A stretch of DNA of 64,000 nt from a virus: IMG/VR virus record IMGVR_UViG_3300020421_001669, positions 1-64,000 of that record; one strand, written 5' to 3'. Positions within the stretch are counted from its first letter, which is position 1, and every line of letters starts with the position of its first letter. The translations under genes were made by a program, and so were the position numbers. The notes beneath the pieces were generated by a model. That model ran no database searches and was not told the DNA's origin. It saw nothing but the letters and a program-made list of their open reading frames with translations. This document shows, one piece after another, positions 28,234 through 39,512 of this stretch.

Positions 28234-30587
28234 TGTCAATTAATAAAATGAACACAAGATATCCAACTTTTGCTTGGTGGCAGGGTGTTGTTGAAGATAG
28301 AAATGACCCAGAAAAATTTGGAAGATATAAAGTTCGTATTTTAGGATATCATACACTTGATAAAAGTGTATTACCAACCGAATCTCTGCCTTGGGCTATT
28401 CCTATGCAACCAGTTACCTCTGCTGCTATATCTGGTGTTGGTTCATCACCAACTGGGTTAGTGGAAGGTTCTGCTGTTATTGGGTTTTTTGTTGATGGAG
28501 ATGATGGTCAAATACCTGTTATCATGGGTTCATTTGGTGTTGAGGATAATGTTCCAACCGTCTTGCGTGAAGGAGAGGCCTCTCCAGAAAGTCCAGAATC
28601 TTTGGCACGAAGAGGATTCTATGACCCCAATGGAAAGTTCCCACGCAGAAAACAATTAAAAGTACAAGAAAACATAACAGATAATGTCTTAAAGGATAAA
28701 GTAAAAGGATTTGTTTCAGATGGTCTTGGGGGATTAGTAAACGAAAGCGGAGACAAACTTACAGGAAAAGAAGAGGGTGTTGAAGAAGTAGATGTCGGAA
28801 AAAATGTATTAGAAGAGGCATCTTCATCCAGACTTTCCAGAGGTACAGAATCATCTGAAGCTCACTATTCTTTAAAAGCAAAAAGAGACTCAAGGACAGT
28901 AAAAATACCAAGAGGGTTTGCAAGTAAAATAACTGGATGGAACAATAGAGAAATTCCATTTGAACACGATGAAAGAAAGTCTCTTACAGATGCTATTGAA
29001 GGCATTGGGAATTTTATTACTAACAGTACAGATGAAAAAGACGATGGTAAAATTTTAGTCAAGCCAGGCTTGTACGAACCAACTTATTGGGAAGAACCGC
29101 ACCCACAAGGTTCGGAGAATTCTAAATCTCAGTATCCTTATAACCATGTAAGAGAAACAGAAAGTGGACATGTGTTTGAAGTTGATGATACGCCAGGCGC
29201 AGAAAGAATTCATGAATATCATACCGCTGGTTCATTTAAAGAAATTCAACCAGATGGAACCAAAGTAGAAAAAATAGTTGGTGATGACTATGTTATTGAT
29301 TTAAAAAACCGACTCATGTATGTCAACGGAAACTTTGACTTGATGGTAGAGGGTGATTATAACCTTAATGTTAAAGGTAACAAATACGAACACATATCTG
29401 GCCACTCTTATAATACGGTCAAGGGAAACAGACTGAATAAAATTCAAGGACATGAATTAGTTGATACACAGAGTTCATACTTGTTAATGACTGCTGGTAA
29501 TTTCAATTGCCAAGTAGGACAATCTGACGGAGATAGTAAAAAAATTGGTAATTATAGACTGCGTGTTTTAGGAGAACACAATACAACAGTCCAAGGTAAA
29601 CAAAAAGTTATGAATAGACAGGATTATAAACACACTGTCTCTGGAGACTTTACAGTAAATACAAGTATTAGAACTACTCTTGACCCAACTGCTGCCGTAG
29701 AAGCAGCCTCACAGGGTTCAGTTCCAACCCCAGATGCATTGATTACAGGTGGTTCAATCAAATTACAAGCTGTCAAGAATATTCAAGTAACAGCTAAAGC
29801 AGATGGTACACCAAAAGTGCCAGGCTCTCCTTTTGGTAGTTCAGTTAATATTGTTGGTGATAGAATTAATACTACCGCGAGAATAGATATGGTTGAAAGA
29901 ATTGGTGGATTACCAGGCCCTGTACCTAATCCAGTTGATTTCCCACCGATACTTCAAACAGCAGACTCTTATGGTAAAAAATACGCTTTCCATATTGGTA
30001 CTACTGCTGGTATGTCAAGAGTTGTATTGTCTGCTCCAACTGGGCCAATTTTAGATGGTCTTGTTCCAACTTTCTCAGTACCTACAATCGAAAACAAAGT
30101 TATCGGTGCTGGTACAATTGTTGACATGGTTGATGGTGCTGGACAGATAGACCAATTGATAACTGGTATTGGTAATATCAACCAAGGAGTTGGTGGTGCT
30201 GGAACGATAAACCAGAACATATCTTCTCCAAGCATTCTTGCTATGGTTGGTGGTGCGAATCCATTACCGTCTATCGGGCCTATTGTTGATGGTACAAGTC
30301 ATAGACAGATGTCGCCTGCTTCTATCCTTGATAGAACAATTGGTTTCTACACTAATACTGTAGCGGGAATAACCACATTCGCTTCTACTGGTAATGTCCT
30401 AATAGGTGCGCCGGTGGTTGCTATAACGGCACCTGCTACTACCATGTCTGGTACTCTTACTGTTACTGGAATAGTTACTGGTACTGGTGTCACACTTCAA
30501 GGTCACACTCATGTATACGCGCCTGGTACTGGTGGTGCAAGTTCTCCGCAACCAGCAACAACTAGCACCTCTACTGGAGTAGGATAG
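28233..30587 (+). CDS. gp5: Baseplate spike gp5 (no lysozyme domain)
   Basis: WWQGVVEDRNDP..GRYKVRI OB-fold, YPYNHVRETESGH..DDTPGAERI, beta-helix repeats, C-terminal HTH. Confidence 0.92.
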   Translation: MSINKMNTRYPTFAWWQGVVEDRNDPEKFGRYKVRILGYHTLDKSVLPTESLPWAIPMQPVTSAAISGVGSSPTGLVEGSAVIGFFVDGDDGQIPVIMGSFGVEDNVPTVLREGEASPESPESLARRGFYDPNGKFPRRKQLKVQENITDNVLKDKVKGFVSDGLGGLVNESGDKLTGKEEGVEEVDVGKNVLEEASSSRLSRGTESSEAHYSLKAKRDSRTVKIPRGFASKITGWNNREIPFEHDERKSLTDAIEGIGNFITNSTDEKDDGKILVKPGLYEPTYWEEPHPQGSENSKSQYPYNHVRETESGHVFEVDDTPGAERIHEYHTAGSFKEIQPDGTKVEKIVGDDYVIDLKNRLMYVNGNFDLMVEGDYNLNVKGNKYEHISGHSYNTVKGNRLNKIQGHELVDTQSSYLLMTAGNFNCQVGQSDGDSKKIGNYRLRVLGEHNTTVQGKQKVMNRQDYKHTVSGDFTVNTSIRTTLDPTAAVEAASQGSVPTPDALITGGSIKLQAVKNIQVTAKADGTPKVPGSPFGSSVNIVGDRINTTARIDMVERIGGLPGPVPNPVDFPPILQTADSYGKKYAFHIGTTAGMSRVVLSAPTGPILDGLVPTFSVPTIENKVIGAGTIVDMVDGAGQIDQLITGIGNINQGVGGAGTINQNISSPSILAMVGGANPLPSIGPIVDGTSHRQMSPASILDRTIGFYTNTVAGITTFASTGNVLIGAPVVAITAPATTMSGTLTVTGIVTGTGVTLQGHTHVYAPGTGGASSPQPATTSTSTGVG

Positions 30588-30591
30588 ATAA

Positions 30592-31215
30592 ATGAGTTGT
30601 AAAGGAATAGGAGAAGCGTTTAGTGAACTTGCTGGAGGAATCGATGAGATTTCGGAAAAGCTAGACACCGCTATTGATGAACTTGTCGATGGTGTTGCGG
30701 ATGGTATAGGACTAACCGCCGCCAAAGTTAAGTTTGACGCGATGCTGATAGAAATAGAAGCAGCTTTCCGAAAAGAATTTCCCGGCTTAGAAGATTTTTT
30801 TGAACAGTTAAAAGAAGGAATACCTTTATCAGAAGAACTTCAAACTGTTATGAATCTTGGCGCACAAACAGTTGCCGCTGTAGAGAAAGTCAAAGAGTTA
30901 AAAGAAAAGTATGGAAGTGACTCAGTAGTAGATGATATTCTAAACGACCCAGCTGGATTTGTTGATAGTTTGGGGGGTGACTTAGAAGCTTTGTGTGAAG
31001 CTATGCCTAATTATGAGAAGGCAAAAGATGGTTCAATTAAAGTCAAGGCAGCTAAATTTAATTTTGATGGTGCAGAACTAGATGTTCAAGAAATAGCAAA
31101 CGAAGGTCTTTCACCAACGATAAGGAGAATCAAGGAATCTTTAAAGAACCTAACAGTAACCTTTGAGTCTGCTTCAACAACTGTTAATAAAGATTTAGCT
31201 AATCCATTTACTTAA
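30592..31215 (+). CDS. Hypothetical acidic helical protein
   Basis: ORF between gp5 and gp25. Confidence 0.7.
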   Translation: MSCKGIGEAFSELAGGIDEISEKLDTAIDELVDGVADGIGLTAAKVKFDAMLIEIEAAFRKEFPGLEDFFEQLKEGIPLSEELQTVMNLGAQTVAAVEKVKELKEKYGSDSVVDDILNDPAGFVDSLGGDLEALCEAMPNYEKAKDGSIKVKAAKFNFDGAELDVQEIANEGLSPTIRRIKESLKNLTVTFESASTTVNKDLANPFT

Positions 31216-31224
31216 AGGAAGTAT

Positions 31225-31232
31225 TATAAATA
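31225..31232 (+). promoter_or_regulatory. T4 late promoter before gp25
   Basis: TATAAATA 5 nt before the ATG. Confidence 0.7.
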
Positions 31233-31237
31233 GTCAA

Positions 31238-31633
31238 ATGATTAAGAAACCTACTACAATATACAAAGATTTCGATTTGAGTTTTACAAAAAACCCAAAT
31301 ACAAAGGATATTGCTCGTAGAGTAGATGTTCAGGCGGTCAAGCAAGCATTAAAAAGTTTATTGTTGACTCAGTATTATGAAAAACCATTTCAACCCAACT
31401 TTGGTTCACCAATCAGAGGATTGTTGTTTCAACCAGTTGACTTGGTAACAGGAACTAATCTTGCTACTGAAATAAAAAGATGTATTCAAAACTTTGAGAA
31501 AAGAGTTGTAGTAGAGGATGTAGAAGTATATCCAGAAGTAGACCAGAACGCATTTAGATGTAAAATATTTTTCTACATAAGAGGTATAAAAAATTTACAA
31601 GAACTTGGAATAGTATTAGAGAGGGTAAGATAG
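31238..31633 (+). CDS. gp25: Baseplate wedge gp25
   Basis: YKDFDLSF, AVKQ, EKPFQPNFGS, NFEKRV, LERVR. Confidence 0.93.
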   Translation: MIKKPTTIYKDFDLSFTKNPNTKDIARRVDVQAVKQALKSLLLTQYYEKPFQPNFGSPIRGLLFQPVDLVTGTNLATEIKRCIQNFEKRVVVEDVEVYPEVDQNAFRCKIFFYIRGIKNLQELGIVLERVR

Positions 31634-33567
31634 TGGCAGTCAAAAATGTAACAGAATTAGATTTCGATACAATAAAAACAAATCTAAAAACACACTTAAA
31701 AAATCAAACTGAGTTTGAAGACTATGATTTTGAAGCATCTGGTATTTCTCAACTTGTAGATTTATTGGCATATAATACACATTATAATGCTGTTCTTGCT
31801 CACATGGTATCAAACGAATCGTTTATTGATTCTGCGGTAAAAAGAAACTCGGTTGTGTCTATTGCGAAGACAATGGGATACACGCCAAGGTCTGCCCGTT
31901 CAGCAAAAGCAACTCTCGATTTAACTGTTGTTCCTGCTCCGTCTTATACAGCGACCAGTTTAACTATCAGTAAAGAGAAAGTTTTTACTTCCAATGTAAA
32001 CGGAAGAAATTATAATTTTGTACCAGAAAAAGATTACAGTGTAGACAAATCGATTGTCAATGGTGTTTCAGCTTTTAGATTTACTGATATTGTTGTCGTG
32101 GAAGGAACAAGAGTACAAACATCCGAAGTAATTAGTTCTACAAATCGTTCTGGCCCAGTAGTACTACCAAATGATAATGTTGATACCACAACACTTTCTG
32201 TTAAGGTTCAGACCTCTACAACTAATTTAAACGCGACCACATTTGCTAAATCAGAAACAATTACAACCGCTAAATCAACTTCAGCGATATATTATCTTGA
32301 AGAGAGAACGGATGGATACTACCAAGTTGTATTTGGTGATGGTGTTTTAGGTAAACAATTAGATGTTGGAAATATAGTTATATGTGACTACATCATTTCT
32401 AATACCACAGAAGGTAATGGTGCAAGAACATTTAGTCCACCCACGAATATTACAGGAACAGGAGAACAAATAACAGGACAAACGAAAAGTGCCTCCAGTG
32501 GTGGATTTGATTTAGAAACTGTAGACAGTATTCGATTTAACGCACCGCGATTCAACTCTGCGAAAGGTAGGGTTGTTACTGCAACTGACTACGAAACAGC
32601 AATCAAACAGTCCAACCCCAATATTAAATCCGTAACTGTGTGGGGTGGAGAAGACAATGTGCCTCCAGTTTACGGTAGAGTTTACATATCATTACAACCT
32701 CAAAGTGGGTTTGTTATAACAGAATCAGAAAAAGATGATTTAGTTAAAAATGTTATTAATCCAAAACTACCAGTATCTTTGGTTACAGAGTTTGTTGATT
32801 CAGAAAACTTGTTTATCGGATTTAATATCGCGGTTACTTATGACCCGAAATTAACCACACAGAGTTCAGATGCAATCAAGACAGATATTTTAAATAAAAT
32901 TTCACAACACTTTGAAACAAATGTTAATGAGTTGAAGAAAAACTTCTTCTTCTCAAAACTAAGTAGAGAACTTGATTTAGTAAATGATTCTATTATTGGT
33001 AACAATATAGAAATGAGATTAATGAAAAAAATAGCACCTACTATTGGTGAAGATACTAGGTATGAATTAAAATACAATAATAAATTATTAGCTAGTTCTG
33101 TAAGAACAAATTATTTTACTGCTAATATTAACGGTTCCCAAGATGAGGTCTATATAACTGATAGACCAGATGAAACCTTTACTGCGTCACAACAATACAA
33201 CGGACAAAGATTTAATCTCGCAAAAGGTGACCTTATCTTAAAATTAAAAACAACCAACGCTGTTGTCGGTGGAACTGTGGGTACTATTGATTATGATACT
33301 GGGTCATTAGATATAAAATCTTTGAGAGTAGACGCGGTTAGTGGAGCATCAAACAATAATATCAGAGTTTATATAACTCCGCATGAAAGCGCGAAAAATA
33401 TTTCTACAGATGATTTGGTTCGTGCAACCGAAGAACAATCATATGCTGTTACTGCTTTACCAGCAAGAAATATAATACTGTCCCTTGATGACTCTCAGAT
33501 AGACACCACAAACAATGTTAAACAGGGTGTTGCTGTTACAATGATATCAAGGGTACAGGATGACTAA
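31633..33567 (+). CDS. gp6: Baseplate wedge gp6
   Basis: LDFDTIK, DYDFEASG, LAYNTHY, RVVTATDY, VWGGEDN.PP.YGRV. Confidence 0.95.
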   Translation: MAVKNVTELDFDTIKTNLKTHLKNQTEFEDYDFEASGISQLVDLLAYNTHYNAVLAHMVSNESFIDSAVKRNSVVSIAKTMGYTPRSARSAKATLDLTVVPAPSYTATSLTISKEKVFTSNVNGRNYNFVPEKDYSVDKSIVNGVSAFRFTDIVVVEGTRVQTSEVISSTNRSGPVVLPNDNVDTTTLSVKVQTSTTNLNATTFAKSETITTAKSTSAIYYLEERTDGYYQVVFGDGVLGKQLDVGNIVICDYIISNTTEGNGARTFSPPTNITGTGEQITGQTKSASSGGFDLETVDSIRFNAPRFNSAKGRVVTATDYETAIKQSNPNIKSVTVWGGEDNVPPVYGRVYISLQPQSGFVITESEKDDLVKNVINPKLPVSLVTEFVDSENLFIGFNIAVTYDPKLTTQSSDAIKTDILNKISQHFETNVNELKKNFFFSKLSRELDLVNDSIIGNNIEMRLMKKIAPTIGEDTRYELKYNNKLLASSVRTNYFTANINGSQDEVYITDRPDETFTASQQYNGQRFNLAKGDLILKLKTTNAVVGGTVGTIDYDTGSLDIKSLRVDAVSGASNNNIRVYITPHESAKNISTDDLVRATEEQSYAVTALPARNIILSLDDSQIDTTNNVKQGVAVTMISRVQDD

Positions 33568-36500
33568 TAGAATACCATCATATCTTGAGTATGTAAAAAA
33601 TATCACTGTAACAAGCGGTGGTACTGGATATAATAGCTCAAGCTTAACAGTAAAGATTAGTGCTCCCACTGGTGATAACCCAATTCAAGCAACCGCAACT
33701 GCTACTATTGATTTTGCTGGTGCTGGTGACATCACCGCGATTAATGTTACTAATGCTGGTGATGGATATGAAGGAACTCCTAATGCTATAGTTCAAGGTG
33801 GTGCTACTAGTGTAGGCATAACATCTGGTAATTTAAATACTGGACTTGATGCTGGAACATATACTGGAGTTGCCCCTACTTCTACAAGTCAAGATGGTGT
33901 CCTTGCTACATTCAATATTGTTATTGATGCAAATGGTGATGTAACATCTATATCAACCAATGCAAAGGGTAATGGATTTGCACAGGGAGATACTATATCA
34001 TTTCTTCCTACAGCACTCGGTGGTACAGGTTCAGAAAAAACAATTGTTGCCACTGTAACTCATATTGAAGGTGGCCAGAACGCTGTACTTGCAGTAGAGA
34101 TTGATAAGATTGCAAAATCTGACATATATTCTCAACCAAAAATTTCTAAGATGATTGGGAATCAATTACCAGAATTTATTAGAGATGACCATCAACTTTT
34201 TGTAACTTTCATTGAAAAGTATTTTGATTTTTTAGAATCTACAAATACAACAGATTCAACCAAACACGGCCCATTAAAAGTACTACAGGATTTTCTATCT
34301 AAATTAGATGTAGACTTTAACGATGACGGAAGTATAAACACAGATGATAACTTCCTTAAAGAATTTTATAAAGACTATGCAAAAGATTTACCTTTAGGTC
34401 AGACTGCTAAATTAAGTCTTGTACTAAAAAGAATCAACGACTTCTATACCGCAAAAGGTAGTAAAGAAGCAATAAAACTTTTATTTAGAATACTTTACGA
34501 TGAGGATGTAGAGTTATTTAATGCACAAGAATTCGTACTTAGACCATCTTCAAGTAAATGGCAACAAGATTATGTTGTTAAGGTATACGAAAGGTCAACA
34601 TATATCAATGCAACCACACCCGATTATGACCCACAGGATTTTTCTGGTCAACAAGTAGACCTTCATTATTATCAGTCAACTGGTTCGGTTACAAATTCTT
34701 TTACTAAAAGAGCAAGTGTTCAATCTGTTAAGAAGATTGCTTACACTAACCCACAAGCATATGAACTCGTTTTAACTGGGATTGATAATACATTCTCATT
34801 GCCCGGCGGTGGTGCTGCCAGTGTTTCATATGATGAAATATTACAACCAGAAATAGCTGGTGACATAGGAACAATTGTAGGAACAGGAAGTGGTGGTGTT
34901 TATGAAAACCCAGATGTTTCAGTAGTTGATGGCACATATAGTATTGGTGCTTCAGATTACAGTTCTTACATTGACATACCTTATTCAAATAATCTTGTTG
35001 TATCAAAAGGCACTTATGTAAAGACAGCTGGAAACAAAATATACCTTGCTGTTAATAGTGGAACAACAAGTAATAGTGGAAGTGGCCCAACTCACGAATC
35101 GGGTGAAAATACAGATGGTAGTGTTAAATTTAGATTTATTCAACTAACAACTGCTACAGGTCATTATAGTACAGGAAGTTCTGGTGCTACATTTACTGTC
35201 GTTATTGCTGGTAACGCGGTATCTAGTGTCACAGTTACAGATGATGGTACAGATTACTATCCGAATGAAGTTATAGAAATTCCTGCTACTAAGTTTGGTG
35301 GAACAGGAACAGGTGTTAAAATAAAAGTTGCCACTATCACCAATGGTAAAATTAAAAAGGCAATTATTATAGATGGTGGTTCTGGTTTTGCTGCTAATCC
35401 AGATGTTCTCATAACTCCAAATAGTTCAGATACAATTGCTACTACTGCTCTTTTAGAAACAAGAACTACGGATGGTGCAATAACAGATATAGTATTTACT
35501 AACAATACAAGTGGTGTTGGATATAATAATTTACCAGCTTTAAGAATATCTGTAGGTCTGACACTCACCTTTGTTAGTTTAGCAGGAGAGACTTTCCCAT
35601 CTGGCGGAACAGATGTTTTCAGTGCCATGAAAGGTATTGTAACAAGAGTGTTAAACTCTGCAAAATTTAATTCTATAAAGACAGGTTCAAGTGCAACTGC
35701 TGGTGGATTTAAAATTGGTGATTCATATGTTATCAATGAAACTGGTGGTATTCTGGGAGTGTATGCTACTGATTACTTCCTTGAAGATTATACAATAACT
35801 GGTATATCGAATAATGCATATATTAGAATTACCTCTCTTGATGCAAATGGATACCCTGCTACATTTGAAGTACTCGCGGTAGGACAGGGATTCAATAGAG
35901 AAGATTTTACAATAGAACTAACTTCCCCAACAGGAAATATTGCTCTTGTAGATTTTGAAACAGGATATAATGCAGTACTCGGTGGAGTTGCTGGAGATGC
36001 TGGTGGATTCTTATCAGACGCGAACAAGTTATTTGATAATTTAGTTTATCAACCATTTGCTTATCAAATACAATCAGAGTTACAAGCAAAAGAATGGAAA
36101 GAATATGTTAAGAGGTCTGCTCACCCAGCTGGATTTGCTGTATTTGGTGACTTGCAGATTAAACAAGATATCGATTTCTCTAGTGGATTCACAGTTGAAA
36201 CAGATGTTTACATGTTCTTCAAGTATCCAGATGTAGAAGAATTACTAGTCGCTGAAACAGTTGTCAAAGATATTAGTATTACAGAAGCAGGGCCTGACGA
36301 AATATTCCCAGGCGATGCAATCAATAATTTTGATATAGGAATTGCTTCTGCTGATTCAGTTGGTGTTTCAGACGAAGATGGCCCGTATACATTTACTGGT
36401 ACATCCGTAAGAATTTACTACGCGACTTCAGATGGAACTGAAACTGGTGACCCATACTTTGTACAACATGGAACAGCATCGGATGACTATGTAGAAAGAT

Positions 36501-37363
36501 TTGGTGTTGGTGACTACTTCTTAAATGATGGTGGTGCATATGTAGAACTCGGTAATCCACAAAAACTAGTAGAAATCAACTTTAACTCTACTGATACTGG
36601 AGAGTACGCGACAGATTACTTCTTAAATGATGCTGGTAGATATACAGTTCTCATCGCAGACGATGCTGAAAGAAGTACAGAATTCTACTTTGCTGGAGAT
36701 GTATTAACATCACTCGAAGTTCAGACTGTCGCAACCGATAGTGTAGACATGGGTGAGACTGTATTGATATCATTCGTATTCTTCAGAGAACCTACTGATA
36801 CATTCGATACTGCTGATAGTGTTGTTGTAGAAGCTCAACCAAGACCTACTGACACATTTGACATCGCTGACGCGGTGAACAAGTTTGATATCGGAGTCAA
36901 CCCAACAGATACACCAAATGCTGATGAGTCAACAGTATTTGATGTAACTGCTGCTAGAGCTGATACATTTACAAGTGATGATACTATATCAATAGAACCA
37001 CAATTGATTGGTACTGACACTACCGCGATGCAAGACTCACCATCTTTAGAACACGGTGGTGTATATGCAGATACATTTAACATCGCTGATGCGGTGACCA
37101 AGTTTGATATTGGTGTAAATCCATCTGATACAGGCGCTACTGCTGACAGTATAAATAACTTTGATATCACAACTGCGCCGACAGATACTTCAAATACTGC
37201 TGATTCGCTTACCACTTTAAACATAGAAATCGACTTAACAGGTTCTTCTGTAGACGAAGATGTTGCTATGGGAGATAGTGGTAGTCTTATATCACAGTCA
37301 TATACAGTCGATTTAACTTATTTTGCCGAAGATTATGTCGCTGATACTGTAGTGAATTTTTAA
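33560..37363 (+). CDS. gp7: Baseplate wedge initiator gp7-like with extra repeat domains
   Basis: QLPEFIR, FIEKYFDFLE, FYTAKGS, LFRILYDE, HPAGFAVFG; lies between gp6 and gp8. Confidence 0.75.
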   Translation: MTNRIPSYLEYVKNITVTSGGTGYNSSSLTVKISAPTGDNPIQATATATIDFAGAGDITAINVTNAGDGYEGTPNAIVQGGATSVGITSGNLNTGLDAGTYTGVAPTSTSQDGVLATFNIVIDANGDVTSISTNAKGNGFAQGDTISFLPTALGGTGSEKTIVATVTHIEGGQNAVLAVEIDKIAKSDIYSQPKISKMIGNQLPEFIRDDHQLFVTFIEKYFDFLESTNTTDSTKHGPLKVLQDFLSKLDVDFNDDGSINTDDNFLKEFYKDYAKDLPLGQTAKLSLVLKRINDFYTAKGSKEAIKLLFRILYDEDVELFNAQEFVLRPSSSKWQQDYVVKVYERSTYINATTPDYDPQDFSGQQVDLHYYQSTGSVTNSFTKRASVQSVKKIAYTNPQAYELVLTGIDNTFSLPGGGAASVSYDEILQPEIAGDIGTIVGTGSGGVYENPDVSVVDGTYSIGASDYSSYIDIPYSNNLVVSKGTYVKTAGNKIYLAVNSGTTSNSGSGPTHESGENTDGSVKFRFIQLTTATGHYSTGSSGATFTVVIAGNAVSSVTVTDDGTDYYPNEVIEIPATKFGGTGTGVKIKVATITNGKIKKAIIIDGGSGFAANPDVLITPNSSDTIATTALLETRTTDGAITDIVFTNNTSGVGYNNLPALRISVGLTLTFVSLAGETFPSGGTDVFSAMKGIVTRVLNSAKFNSIKTGSSATAGGFKIGDSYVINETGGILGVYATDYFLEDYTITGISNNAYIRITSLDANGYPATFEVLAVGQGFNREDFTIELTSPTGNIALVDFETGYNAVLGGVAGDAGGFLSDANKLFDNLVYQPFAYQIQSELQAKEWKEYVKRSAHPAGFAVFGDLQIKQDIDFSSGFTVETDVYMFFKYPDVEELLVAETVVKDISITEAGPDEIFPGDAINNFDIGIASADSVGVSDEDGPYTFTGTSVRIYYATSDGTETGDPYFVQHGTASDDYVERFGVGDYFLNDGGAYVELGNPQKLVEINFNSTDTGEYATDYFLNDAGRYTVLIADDAERSTEFYFAGDVLTSLEVQTVATDSVDMGETVLISFVFFREPTDTFDTADSVVVEAQPRPTDTFDIADAVNKFDIGVNPTDTPNADESTVFDVTAARADTFTSDDTISIEPQLIGTDTTAMQDSPSLEHGGVYADTFNIADAVTKFDIGVNPSDTGATADSINNFDITTAPTDTSNTADSLTTLNIEIDLTGSSVDEDVAMGDSGSLISQSYTVDLTYFAEDYVADTVVNF

Positions 37364-37380
37364 AAACTAATTTTAATTCT

Positions 37381-37388
37381 TATAAATA
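37381..37388 (+). promoter_or_regulatory. T4 late promoter
   Basis: Intergenic TATAAATA. Confidence 0.75.
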
Positions 37389-37428
37389 AGGAATAACAAG
37401 GCAATAACTAATATTAGAGGAGATAAAC

Positions 37429-37878
37429 ATGTTGCAAAATAATGCCTTAAGCGCCAAGGGTCGATTGACCGTTGAGCTCTTTGACAAAAGGGGTACTCTT
37501 CTTGAGACCCAAGAAGTAAAGAATGTTGTTGTAAACAACGGTCTTAATTATATCGCATCTCGTATGAAAGATGCCACTGCCACTGCGATGTCACATATGG
37601 CAATCGGTTCAGATAATACTGCTGCCGCTGCTGGTAACACCGCACTAGGTACAGAACTTGGTAGGGTCGCTTTGACTTCTACTACTGTAACTTCAAACTC
37701 AGTCGCTTATGTTGGGGACTTCCCCGCTGGTACTGGTACTGGAGCAGTAGTTGAGGCAGCTATCTTAAATGCCAGTTCGGGTGGAACACTACTATGTAGA
37801 ACCGTATTCAGTGTGGTGAATAAAGCCGCTGCTGATACGCTAAAAATCACTTGGACGGTTACTGTATCTGACTCCTAA
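37429..37878 (+). CDS. Virion structural protein (tail/baseplate associated)
   Basis: NVVVNNG, HMAIGS, EAAIL, CRTVFSVVNK; strong SD. Confidence 0.65.
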   Translation: MLQNNALSAKGRLTVELFDKRGTLLETQEVKNVVVNNGLNYIASRMKDATATAMSHMAIGSDNTAAAAGNTALGTELGRVALTSTTVTSNSVAYVGDFPAGTGTGAVVEAAILNASSGGTLLCRTVFSVVNKAAADTLKITWTVTVSDS

Positions 37879-37901
37879 GAGTTAAACTAAGGAGTTAGTA
37901 C

Positions 37902-39500
37902 ATGGCCATTCTGTTACTAGAACAGGCAAGGTTTCATCAGGCGAGGTCTTTCTATAGAGATATCTATAACGGCAATGATAAATTTTATCTTGCGGCCTCG
38001 CGTACTGAAACATGGACGGATGATACTGCGCCTGATACATCGGTAGATAATCGTATTGATGTACAGAATTTCAGAGATAAGATACTTTTTGTAAAGAAAG
38101 TACAATCTGCTGACACGGCTATGTTAGCTCGAAGGATTGATTGGGTAACTGGGACAGTATATGATAGGTATGATGATAACTATTCATCTACGAATGCCTC
38201 TTATTCTGGTGCGACTTCATTACAGACTGCTAATTTTTACATTTTAACAGACAATTTTAATGTCTATAAATGTATTGACAATAACAATAGTGGACAAAGT
38301 ACTGTAAAACCAAATAGTACTGGTACTGAAATATTTACAACCTCAGATGGTTATAAATGGAAGTTTCTATTTCAAATAGGTGCTTCTGATAGAACTAAGT
38401 TTTTATCTACAGCATTTATGCCAGTCAGAAAAGTATCTGGTGCTGGTCAACCATCGTTTGATGTAAACGGTGAGATTGATAGTATTACAGTTAGTGCTGG
38501 AGGAAGTGGATATACTTCTGTTCCTACCATTACTATAAACGGTGATGGAACTGGTGCTACTGCTGTTGCTACTCTTTCTGGTGGTGCTGTATCGTCAATA
38601 ACCGTTACCACTGCTGGTACTGGATACACATTTGCAGATATAGTAATAACTGGTGGTGGAGGTGCTAACGCAAAAGCAGATGCTGTTTTAGGTAGTACTG
38701 ATACTGCAACACTACAAACGAATGTAGAAGGTACTGCGGTAAAAGGTACTATTGATAATATACTTGTAACCAATCAAGGAACAGATTATACTGCCGGAGA
38801 TGTAACACTCAAAATTACTGGCGATGGAGCTGGGGCAACCTGTGCTGCTGTAGTAAATACAAACGGAAATATTACAGGTGTTACTATTACAAATCCAGGC
38901 TCTGGATATACAAACGCAACAATAACATTAACACAAAGTTCTGGTTCTGGTATTAATGCTAGTTTTAGAGTTATTATATCACCGATTGACGGACATGGTG
39001 CTCACCCACAAAAAGAATTGTTTTGTAAAAGAGTGGGAGTAACAGTATCATTTGATAATGACTCAAGAGATTTAATTACTGGTAATGATTATAGACAAGT
39101 AGGATTGGTAAAAAACATTACTAAATATGGGTTAAGTAGTCTATTCGATGATGCAACTGGTTCTCCTCATTTTATTATCGGAGTCACAGACCCAAATAAT
39201 TATGGCGCGGATGATATTGTAGAATCAACAACTGGAGGTAACTTTACAGTAGCTCAGTTGAGGGATACGACAGGAAACGGAACAGACGATAGTGTATATC
39301 TGCAAGAAAATACTGCTGGTATTGGTTCTTCAGACACTATTAATAATTTAACAAAAGGACTCTCTAATTTGACTATAAATAGTCTTACAAATCCAGAAAT
39401 AGACCACAATTCTGGAGATGTTATTTACTTTGACAATAGAAAACCTATTACAAGGGAAGAGGGTCAAGTAGAGACAGTAAAAATAATATTTACTTTCTAA
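37902..39500 (+). CDS. gp8: Baseplate wedge gp8 with GSGY repeats
   Basis: [46 protein letters not shown]. Confidence 0.9.
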   Translation: MAILLLEQARFHQARSFYRDIYNGNDKFYLAASRTETWTDDTAPDTSVDNRIDVQNFRDKILFVKKVQSADTAMLARRIDWVTGTVYDRYDDNYSSTNASYSGATSLQTANFYILTDNFNVYKCIDNNNSGQSTVKPNSTGTEIFTTSDGYKWKFLFQIGASDRTKFLSTAFMPVRKVSGAGQPSFDVNGEIDSITVSAGGSGYTSVPTITINGDGTGATAVATLSGGAVSSITVTTAGTGYTFADIVITGGGGANAKADAVLGSTDTATLQTNVEGTAVKGTIDNILVTNQGTDYTAGDVTLKITGDGAGATCAAVVNTNGNITGVTITNPGSGYTNATITLTQSSGSGINASFRVIISPIDGHGAHPQKELFCKRVGVTVSFDNDSRDLITGNDYRQVGLVKNITKYGLSSLFDDATGSPHFIIGVTDPNNYGADDIVESTTGGNFTVAQLRDTTGNGTDDSVYLQENTAGIGSSDTINNLTKGLSNLTINSLTNPEIDHNSGDVIYFDNRKPITREEGQVETVKIIFTF

Positions 39501-39512
39501 AAGGGATAAAAG

